DNA of 64,000 nucleotides from positions 53,446,001 through 53,510,000 of the forward strand of contig CM059438.1 of NCBI GenBank assembly GCA_030390025.1. The letters run 5' to 3'. Position 1 is the first letter of the stretch. Every line of letters starts with the position of its first letter. Origin of the DNA: Squalus acanthias (Eukaryota). The notes beneath the pieces are model-generated. The model worked only from the letters and a program-made list of their open reading frames with translations. It was not told the DNA's origin and did no database searches. Of the stretch, positions 1 to 7,369 are shown one piece after another. A program made the position numbers and the translations under genes.

Positions 1-410
1 TCGGGTGTGGTGTGAATCGGGCGCCGTGTGAATCGGGCGCGGTATAATTGGGACGTGGTGTGAATCGGACGCGATGTGAATCGGACGCGGGGTGGTTCAG
101 ATGCGGTGTGAATCGGGCGCGGTATAATTCGGACGCAGTGTGAATCGAACGCGGGGTGGTTCAGATGCGGTGTGAATCGGGCGCGGTATAATTCGGACGC
201 GGTGTCAATCGGGTGCAGTGTAATTCAAGCGCGGTTGTGAATAGGGCGCGGTGTAATTCGGGCACGGTGTCAATCGGGCACGGTGTAAATTGGTCGCAGT
301 GTGAATAGGGAGCGGTGTAATTCGGGCACGGTTTGAATCGGACGCGGCGTGAATCGGGCGCGGCATGAATCGGGCGCGGCGTGAATCGGGCGCGGTGTAC
401 AACGGATGTG
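1..410. repeat. CpG-rich degenerate minisatellite, ~16-bp unit GGTGTGAATCGGGCGC (variants GGTATAATTCGGACGC, GGTGTAATTCGGGCAC), ~25 copies, continues beyond the left edge of the window
   Basis: Tandem recurrence of gtgtgaatcgggcgcg / gtataattcggacgcg at ~16-bp spacing. An exact ~50-bp higher-order duplicate is visible (gcggggtggttcagatgcggtgtgaatcgggcgcggtataattcggacgc at ~87 and ~151). Confidence 0.9.
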
Positions 411-411
411 G

Positions 412-450
412 TGTAAAATGGGCTGGTGATTTGCTGTCGCCCGTTTTGCA
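412..450. other. Imperfect inverted repeat (hairpin) TGTAAAATGGGC-N15-GCCCGTTTTGCA, possibly the subterminal palindrome of a non-autonomous DNA element ending near 476
   Basis: 412-423 TGTAAAATGGGC versus reverse complement of 439-450, TGCAAAACGGGC: 10/12 match, both mismatches are transitions. The element identity is inference. Confidence 0.5.
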
Positions 451-476
451 ATACGCCAAAGTAGAATTTCAATCCC

Positions 477-825
477 AATGTCTTCCCAACTGGAGGAAGT
501 TCTGGCTAATCTAGGATTGGATGTGGGACAAACAATCTGACAGCAGAGAGGCAATTGAGGGTTGAGAGAGGTGGTGGAGAGGTTGAGATGGGTCTCATGA
601 ATTTACATGTGGTAACTGATTAAATGTCTGTGGATGATGTTTCCGAGGAGCAGCATTGTAGTTAAGGGAAAGGAACTGGCCAAGGATAGATCCTTGGTGA
701 ACTTAGGAGGAAACCTGATTGGAGGGATTCAAACCGACCAGAGATAGCCGTGTCAGTGATCAAGACCATGGGAGTAGCCAGACCACAGGGGAGGAGGAGG
801 TTGAAGGGCGGCCATGAAGAATCAT
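477..825 (-). mobile_element. Degraded L2-type LINE ORF2 relic with large internal deletions (endonuclease C-terminus joined to RT fragments)
   Basis: The - strand reads, with frameshifts, HGRP..LLLPCGLATPMVLITDTAISG (resembles the APE endonuclease HGHPLDL..SRGLSTP..ITDKAISDH segment), then FESLQSGF (RT QSGF motif), then VHQGSILG..MLLLGNIIHRH..HM*IHETHLNLSTTSL..LSDCLSHIQS*ISQNFLQL (decayed GVPQGSILGP..HMYADDTQLY..NFLQLN). Confidence 0.75.
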
Positions 826-1030
826 TTATTGCGGCCTGGCAGCATGTAGTGTGGCATTTGGTGGGGTTAATGCCAGTACCAGCCCTGGTATCAAGGTACA
901 GGAGCAGCGCTGGTGTTATCAAGGCCTGACTGCAGGTCAGGTGATATTGGGTGGAGTTGGGGCTGGGCACTTCTGAGAAAGGTGAAGAGTAGAAACAAAT
1001 ATTTAATAAAATGAATAAACCTCAATCCAA

Positions 1031-1080
1031 TTACTAATTTTTGACTGGGTGCATTTTGGATTTTTAATGTTTCCCTTTAG
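1031..1080 (+). promoter_or_regulatory. Probable branch point, polypyrimidine tract and 3' splice acceptor of the NAT coding exon
   Basis: TTACTAAT branch-point-like motif at 1031-1038 and ttttaatgtttccctttAG ending at 1080, 26 nt before the ATG. Vertebrate NAT genes have an intronless CDS preceded by non-coding exons. An alternative acceptor tctttaccacAG lies at ~1101. Confidence 0.65.
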
Positions 1081-1106
1081 GATTAATTATCTTTACCACA
1101 GAGAAG

Positions 1107-1982
1107 ATGAAACTTGCTGAATATTTTGCACGAATTGCCTATCCAGGGCCTTATAACAAGCCTGACCTGGAGACACTAACCAGGATACTGGAACACCACA
1201 TCACAACTATTCCCTTTGAAAATCTCAGTTTACACTGCGGGGAAACAATTGTGCTCAACATGGAAGCATTCTTTGATAAATTAGTGAGGAAAAACCGAGG
1301 GGGCTGCTGTGTGGAAAATAATGGCCTGTTCTACTGGGTATTAAAGGAGATGGGATACAATGTGAAGATGCTGACAGCAAGAATATACAAAACATCAAAG
1401 GAAAGGTATGAAGGCCGCAGAGGTCATCTTATTCTCTTAGTCACCATTGATGGCAAGAATTATATAACTGACGTGGGCTTTATATCATCCTACCAAATTC
1501 GACAACCCCTGCAGCTGGTGTCAGGCAAAGAGCAGCCTCAGCTTCCTGGCACATTCTGCCTGACTGAAGTCAACAACATCTGGCACCTGGAAAAAGTTGG
1601 GAGAAAACTTCAAGTTGAAGATAAAAGCAATGTAAGTCCAACTCTGCTGAACAGAAACACCCACCAAAAACTCTATTGCTTTAACCTCGAGCCTCGTAGA
1701 CTGGAGGACTTTGAGGAAGCATTAATCCACTATACAACATCACCTAAGTCCCCCTTACTGAAATTATCTTTTGTCTGCTGTCAGACCACGAATGGCTATA
1801 AAACTCTGAAAGGATGGACCTACAGTGAGAACATTTTTAATGGTAAAGATGGAAAGGACCTGAGGATCTCTACAACCCTGACTGATGAGGAGGTACAACA
1901 TCTGATCAAGGAGAGTTTCAATTTGAAGCTGGAGAAGGGGCTAGTGCCAGTGGAAAATTACTCGAATTCCCTGCTGGAATAA
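1107..1982 (+). CDS. NAT: Arylamine N-acetyltransferase (NAT1/NAT2 family), 291 aa, single coding exon
   Basis: Colinear with human NAT1/NAT2 numbering: IPFENL motif, RGGxC with catalytic Cys68 (TGT 1308-1310), His107 (CAT 1425-1427), Asp122 (GAC 1470-1472) in DVGF, QPLQLVSGKEQPQ, F.LEPR..EDF, TSP.S, and C-terminal FNL.L...LVP. The ORF is uninterrupted with ATG and TAA. Confidence 0.96.
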   Translation: MKLAEYFARIAYPGPYNKPDLETLTRILEHHITTIPFENLSLHCGETIVLNMEAFFDKLVRKNRGGCCVENNGLFYWVLKEMGYNVKMLTARIYKTSKERYEGRRGHLILLVTIDGKNYITDVGFISSYQIRQPLQLVSGKEQPQLPGTFCLTEVNNIWHLEKVGRKLQVEDKSNVSPTLLNRNTHQKLYCFNLEPRRLEDFEEALIHYTTSPKSPLLKLSFVCCQTTNGYKTLKGWTYSENIFNGKDGKDLRISTTLTDEEVQHLIKESFNLKLEKGLVPVENYSNSLLE

Positions 1983-2007
1983 CGTCCACCCAGCATGTGA
2001 TTTCCCC

Positions 2008-2060
2008 TTCCCAATAAAATGATTATTTTTTTTTAAACAGATCAATCATTTTATTGGGAA
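2008..2060. repeat. Perfect 17-bp inverted repeat with a 19-nt loop spanning the poly(A) signal and the first satellite monomer
   Basis: 2008-2024 TTCCCAATAAAATGATT is the exact reverse complement of 2044-2060 AATCATTTTATTGGGAA. Confidence 0.95.
2013..2018 (+). terminator. Canonical polyadenylation signal AATAAA of the NAT gene (probable)
   Basis: AATAAA 30 nt after the stop codon, followed by a T-run (2026-2034) and CA dinucleotides at 2038 and 2043 at typical cleavage distance. Confidence 0.6.
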
Positions 2061-2297
2061 CAGATCAGTCATTTTATTGGGTACAGATCAATCATTTTAT
2101 TGGGTACAGATCAATCATTTTATTGGGAACAGATCAGTCATTTTATTGGGTACAGATCAATCATTTTATTGGGAACAGATCAGTCATTTTATTGGGTACA
2201 GATCAATCATTTTATTGGGTACAGATCAATCATTTTATTGGGAACAGATCAGTCATTTTATTGGGTAAAGATCAATCATTTTATTGGGAACAGATCA
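2036..2297. repeat. 23-bp satellite, proximal block (11 full units plus a partial), variants AACAGATCAGTC.. and TACAGATCAATC..ATTTTATTGGG
   Basis: Units start at 2036, 2059, 2082 ... 2289. The last unit is cut at ..AACAGATCA by the CR1 insertion. Confidence 0.97.
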
Positions 2298-2540
2298 TTA
2301 ATCTCAGGATTGCTACCAGTGTCATGTGCTAGTCAGAGTCGAAATAGAAGGATATTTCAGATGAATACGTGGCTAGAGGAATGGTGCAAGGGGGAGGGAT
2401 TCAAATTCCTTGGACATTGGAACCGGATCTGGGGGAGGTGGGACCATTACAAACTGGACAGTTTGCACCTGGGCAGGACTGGGACTGATGTCCGAGGGGG
2501 AGTGTTTGCTAGTGCTGTTGGGGGTGGGGGGTTAAACTAA
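2298..2540 (+). pseudogene. CR1 ORF1 C-terminal fragment (SGNH/GDSL esterase-like domain)
   Basis: ISGLLPV..RNRRIFQMNTWLEEWCKGEGFKFLGHW..WDHYKLDSLHL..GLN* resembles CR1 ORF1 esterase block V (DGLH). It is truncated at the 5' junction. Confidence 0.85.
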
Positions 2541-2647
2541 AATGGCAGGGGGTTGGGAACCTGTGCAGGGAGACAGAGGAAAGGGAAGCAAGGATAGAAG
2601 CAAAAGAGAGGAAGGAGAAAAGCAAAAGTGGCAGTCAGAGAAATCAA

Positions 2648-5505
2648 GTGTGTAAATCAAACATGGCCACAGTAAATAATAATTCTAAAAGGTCTAAGAG
2701 TGTTAAAAAAGCAAGCCTGAAGGCTTTGTGTCTTAATGCGAGGAGCATTCGTAATACGTTGGATGAATTAGCTGCACAAATAGATGTAAACGGATATGAT
2801 ATGATTGGGATTACGGAGACATGGCTCCAAGGTGACCAAGGCTGGGAATTCAACATCCAGGGGTATTCAATATTCAGGAAAGACAGGCAAAAAGGAAAAG
2901 GAGGTGGGGTAGCATTGCTGGTTAAAGAGGAGATTAACACAATAGTAAGGAAGGATATTAGCTCTGATGATGTGGAATCTGTATGGATAGAGCTGAGAAA
3001 TACCAAGGGGCAGAAAACGTTAGTGGGAGTTGTATACAGACCCCCAAACCGTAATGCTGAGGTTGGGGATGGCATTAAATGGGAAATTAGAGAGGCGTGC
3101 AATAAGGGCACAGCAGTTATCATGGGTGACTTTAATCTACATATAGATTGGGCTAACCAAATTAGTAACAATACTGTGGAGGAGGAATTCCTAGAGTGTA
3201 TACGGGATGGTTTCCTGGACCAATATGTCGAGGAACCAACTGGAGATCAGGCCATCTTCGACTGGGTATTATGTAATGAGAAAGGATTAATTAGCAATCT
3301 TGTTGTGCGAGGCCCCTTGGGGAGGAGCGATCATAATATGATAGAATTCTTCATTAAGATGGAGAGTGAAGTAGTTGACTCAGAGACTAGGGTCCTGAAT
3401 TTAAATAAAGGAAACTACGATGGTATGAGGCGCGAATTGGCTAGGATAGATTGGGGAACATTACTTAAAGGGTTGACGGTGGATAGGCAATGGCAAACAT
3501 TTAAAGATCGCATGGATGAACTACAGAATTTGTTCATCCCTGTTTGGCATAAAAATAAAACAAAAAAGGTGACTCAACCGTGGCTAACAAGGGAAATTAG
3601 GGATAGCATAAGATCCAAGGAGAGGACATATAAATTGACCAGAAAAAGCAGCAAACCTGAGGATTGGGAGCAGTTTAGGATTCAGCAATGGTGGACAAAG
3701 GGATTAATTAAGAGGGGGGAAATAGTGTATGAGAGTAAGCTTGCAGGGAACATAAAAACTGACTGTTAAAGCTTCGAAAGATATGTGAAGAGAAAAAGAT
3801 TGGTGAAGTCAAGCGTAGGTCCCTTGCAGTCAGAATCAGTGGAATTAATAATGGGGAACAAAGAAATGGCAGACCAATTAAATACATACTTTGGTTCTGT
3901 CTTCACAAAGGAGGACACAAATAACCTCCCAGAGATGTCGGGGAACATAGGGTCTAATGAGAGGGAAGAACTGAATGAAATCAGTATTTGTAGGGAAATG
4001 GTGTTAGGGAAATTGATGGGATTGAAGGCCGATAAATCCCCAGGGCCTGATTATCTACATCCTAGGGTACTTAAGGAAGTGGCCCTAGAAATAGTAGATG
4101 CATTGCTGGTCATCTTCCAAAATTCTATAGACTCTGGAACAGTTCCCATGGATTGGAGGGTAGCTAATGTAACCCCACTATTTAAAAAAGGTGGTAGAGA
4201 GAAAACGGGGAATTATCGGTAGTGGGGAAAATGCTAGAGTCCATTATAAAAGATGTAATAGCAGAGCACTTGGCAAACAGTGACAGGATCGGACAAAGTC
4301 AACATGGATTTACAAAAGGTAAATCATGCTCGACTAATCTACTGGAATTTTTTGAGGATGTAACTGGTAGAATAGATAAGGGCGAACCAGTGGATGTGGT
4401 GTATTTGGACTTTCAGAAGGCTTTCGATAAGGTCCCGCATAAGAGATTAGCATGCAAAGTTAAAGCACATGGGATTGGGGGTAAGGTACTGACTTGGATA
4501 GAGAACTGGTTGGCAGACAGGAAGCAAAGAGTTGGAATAAACGGGTCTTTTTCCGAGTGGCAGGCAGTCACTAGTGGGGTACCGCAGGGATCGGTGCTAG
4601 GACCCCAGTTATTCACAATATATATTAATGATCTAGATGACGGAACTAGATGTAATATCTCCAAGTTTGCAGACAACACAAAGCTGGGTGGGCGTGTGTG
4701 TTGTGAGGAGGATGCAGAGAAACTCCAGTATGATTTGGACAAGTTGGGTGATTGGGCAGATGTATGGCAGATGCAGTATAATGTGGATAAATGCGAGGTT
4801 ATCCACTTTGGTGGCAAAAACAGGAAGGCAGATTATTATCTGAACGTCAATAGATTGGGAAAAGGGGAAGTGCAACGAGACCTGGGAGTCCTTGAGCACC
4901 AGTCGTTGAAGGTAAGCATGCAGGTGCAGCAGGCGGTTAAGAAGGCAAATTGTATGTTGGCCTTCGTAGCAAGAGGATTCGAGTACAGGAGCAAGGATGT
5001 CTTGCTGCAGTTGTACAGGGCCTTGATGAGACCACACCTTGAGTATTGTGTACAGTTTTGGTCACCTTATCTGAGGAAGGATGTTCTTGCCATGGAGGGA
5101 GTGCAGCGAAGATTCACCAGACTGATACCTGGGATGGCAGGAATGACGTATGAAGAGAGATTGGGACGATTGGGTTTGTATTCGCTAGAGTTTAGAAGAA
5201 TGAGAGGGGATCTCATTGAAACTTATAAAATTCTAACAGGACTAGACAGACGAGATGCAGGAAGGATGTTCCCGATGGCAGAGGAGTCCAGAACCAGGGG
5301 TCACAGTCTAAGGATAAGGGGTAAGCCATTTAGGACTGAGATGAGGAGGAATTTCTTCACCCAGACAGTGGTGAACCTGTGTAATTCTCTACCACAGAAG
5401 GCAGTTGAGGCCAATTCATTAAATATATTCAAGAAGGAGTTAGATATATCTCTGAAGGCTAAAGAGATCAAGGGATATGGGTAGAAGGCAGGAACAGGGT
5501 ACTGA
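2648..5505 (+). pseudogene. CR1 ORF2 (APE endonuclease-reverse transcriptase), inactivated
   Basis: Endonuclease motifs CLNARSI, ITETWL, GGGVALLV, VYRPP, MGDFN, SDH and RT motifs QHGF, LDFQKAFDKVPH, GVPQGSVLGP are present. Lesions: in-frame TAA at 3767-3769, frameshifting deletion at ~4219 (GNYR..GKMLE), catalytic FADD to FADN (AAC 4675-4677), and TAG at 5482-5484 shortly before the likely native TGA at 5503-5505. Confidence 0.93.
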
Positions 5506-5594
5506 ATTTGGATGATCAGCCGTGATCTCATTAAATGGCGGAACAGGCTCAAGGGGCCGAATGGCCTACTCCTGCTCCTATCTTCTATGTTTCT

Positions 5595-5680
5595 GTCATT
5601 TTATTGGGTAAAGAACAATCATTTTATTGGGTGCAGATCAGTCATTTTATTGGGTAAAGATCAATCATTTTATTGGGTAC
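5595..5680. repeat. 23-bp satellite, second block (~3.7 units) between the CR1 and the LTR
   Basis: gtcattttattgggtaaagaacaatcattttattgggtgcagatcagtcattttattgggtaaagatcaatcattttattgggtac. Confidence 0.95.
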
Positions 5681-5823
5681 TGTAGAATTCGCAATATATC
5701 GCAATTTTATTAATAAGGAGAAAAACACATAGTTTTGTTCAAACAGCTTTTATTTCAGCAGAATGCTGTCAGGTTTCAAAGTGGACACAAGCAGCTTGTA
5801 AAATGGCCGCCGCACCTCGTGGC

Positions 5824-5838
5824 GGAACATTCTAGAAC
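5824..5838. promoter_or_regulatory. Perfect three-pentamer heat-shock element in the putative U3
   Basis: gGAAc aTTCt aGAAc matches nGAAnnTTCnnGAAn. Function is not demonstrated. Confidence 0.5.
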
Positions 5839-6259
5839 TTTTCGACAGGCAGACAAGATGGCGTTCCAATAAACATTTGTGCAAGATCGATTAAGATTCA
5901 GCACATCGAAGATAATACACGAGACATCTTGGGTTTTGCAGTATACACATAGATACTGGAATCGGTCTCCCAGGTACAAATAAAGGCTATTGTACCCAGT
6001 AATCAAGAACCCATCCAAAGACATTAATATGTAAAATCCCAACGACTCTACGATGAGAGAGCCGTTAGCGGGTAGTTACAGAAAACACTTGGAGGCCCCA
6101 AAACCCCTCCAGGGAGAACACCGACCGATTAAACAATGGGAGAAATATTAACAGGTACTCAGACATTTACGAGTAGCCCCGAAACCCATTAAAAACGGAA
6201 ATCACCTATACAAGACATTTGAGCGCCAAACCCTAACAAAAGAAAAGACATTAAGGTTG

Positions 6260-6289
6260 GGCGGGAAACGGAAGATTTTGTACTATAAT
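6260..6289 (+). promoter_or_regulatory. Putative LTR core promoter: E2F/GC-box-like GGCGGGAAA, ETS-like CGGAAG, and TATAA
   Basis: gggcgggaaacggaagattttgtactataatt followed by a pyrimidine-rich initiator-like stretch ~25-30 nt downstream. Confidence 0.45.
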
Positions 6290-6505
6290 TACAAGCTCCA
6301 ACAGTCCATCTCTCTCTGATCCTCTTATCTTGCTGGTGTTCATCCTCGTGGCTGCTCCTGTGTTCTTGACTCGCCGTCTTGTTCCTGCTTGCCTCGTGTC
6401 CCGTTTAAAAGACTGTTGAACTTTGTGATCCGCTCGGATCTACCTCGTGTCGTGTCACGAAGACCTGTGTTGGTAACCGGTATCGGAACCAAAGGCCCGA
6501 GAAGA

Positions 6506-6525
6506 GATGAGATGAGATGAGATGA
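6506..6525. repeat. (GATGA)4 microsatellite within the LTR
   Basis: gatga at 6506, 6511, 6516 and 6521. Confidence 0.85.
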
Positions 6526-6632
6526 GAAGAGACGAAGACCATACTTATCGCCACGGTCAGTAAGCCCCGACCGCGCCTGTAGGTCGAATTGACATTTTTC
6601 CTTGCCAGGAAGACTTCTTTGAACTTTAAAGA

Positions 6633-6770
6633 ACGGACACCGGAAGATTCTTCTTTTAAGTGTTGACTGGAATGTGAAACCCACCAAGACAGATCTTCAT
6701 GACGGACACCGGGAGATTATTCTCTTAAGTGTTGACTGGTACGTGAAACCCACAAACACAGATCTTCATA
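6633..6770. repeat. 69-bp imperfect tandem duplication within the LTR
   Basis: acggacaccggaagattcttcttttaagtgttgactggaatgtgaaacccaccaagacagatcttcat (6633) versus acggacaccgggagattattctcttaagtgttgactggtacgtgaaacccacaaacacagatcttcat (6702). Confidence 0.9.
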
Positions 6771-7369
6771 ACAGCAGACGTTCCAGCCTGCTAGCCGGAG
6801 CAGAAACGAGTAAACAAGTGGGGCCAGGAGACCCCCTGATCGACACGTGGGTGCTGCGGTGAAAACATCCGATCAGCTATTCGGAATTTCTCCGAGTTAT
6901 CACGAGTGGTGAGCATGAGTCTCGAATCCTACGAAACTAGTTTAGAATAGGTATTGATAGGGGAGGGTTTAAGTATTAAGGATAATTGTAATGTGTGCCC
7001 CCATTTACGGTGTGTCATTCGTTCCTCGTTTCCCTGAAATCAGTTACATGACTGCGTGTAAGATTGTACTGTCATTAATCTGTGCTTATGACATGTATTT
7101 CGTAATCTTAAATATTATGCAATAAAGATTTTCCATTTCGTACCATTCAACCGAGTCTACCTGAGTTTCATCTCCATTAATGCTCTCGCATCTAAGTCCA
7201 GTGTCTAGAACCGTAAGGGCGAGTGATTCGAACCACTCACAGGTGTGTCTAGTGCTCCCAGGCTGGCTGGAGACCAGAACAGGCAACAAGGCCTAAACCC
7301 GCACTGACATACAGGCTGCACAGAGCCACGTGAATCTCACAGGCTGAGGGACACGTCAAAACCCTTACA

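Larger units (their letters stand above)
2298..5594 (+). mobile_element. 5'-truncated CR1-clade LINE retrotransposon (~3.3 kb) inserted into a satellite monomer
   Basis: Contains the ORF1 C-terminus (SGNH esterase-like), ORF2 with APE endonuclease and RT, and a short 3' UTR ending ..GGCCTACTCCTGCTCCTATCTTCTATGTTTCT (TTCTATG-type tail). The flanks GATCA | GTCATTTT rejoin into a perfect monomer. Confidence 0.95.
5681..7369 (+). mobile_element. Solo LTR (1,689 bp) of an LTR retrotransposon or endogenous retrovirus; family not identified
   Basis: Termini TGTA...TACA and a 4-bp target duplication GTAC (5677-5680) / GTAA (7370-7373, one mismatch). TATAA at 6285-6289 and AATAAA at 7121-7126 suggest + orientation. 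No PBS or gag/pol follows; satellite resumes in phase. Confidence 0.85.

Noticed and set aside
161..554. Minus-strand ORFs 161-478, 205-459 and 270-554
   Set aside because: They are translations of the GC-rich minisatellite and decayed L2 sequence with no credible protein.
2026..2040. Splice-acceptor-like TTTTTTTTTAAACAG at the satellite start, with G/GTAAAG donor-like motifs in monomers
   Set aside because: No donor was identified within the single-exon CDS, GTAAAG is a weak donor, and the T-run is equally explained as poly(A)-site context.
2100..2540. Satellite-CR1 ORF1 in-frame fusion ORF (146 aa)
   Set aside because: No ATG start, a chance frame match at the insertion junction, and only a truncated esterase fragment.
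2648..5484. Active CR1 using stop read-through or programmed frameshift
   Set aside because: The 5' truncation, nonsense codon, deletion of conserved residues and catalytic FADN change indicate ordinary decay.
2644..5552. Antisense and alternative-frame ORFs overlapping CR1 ORF2
   Set aside because: Shadow ORFs of a recognisable retrotransposon coding sequence.
5776..7289. Small ORFs inside the LTR as accessory viral genes
   Set aside because: Short (62-115 aa) with no recognisable motifs; cannot be supported without homolog conservation.
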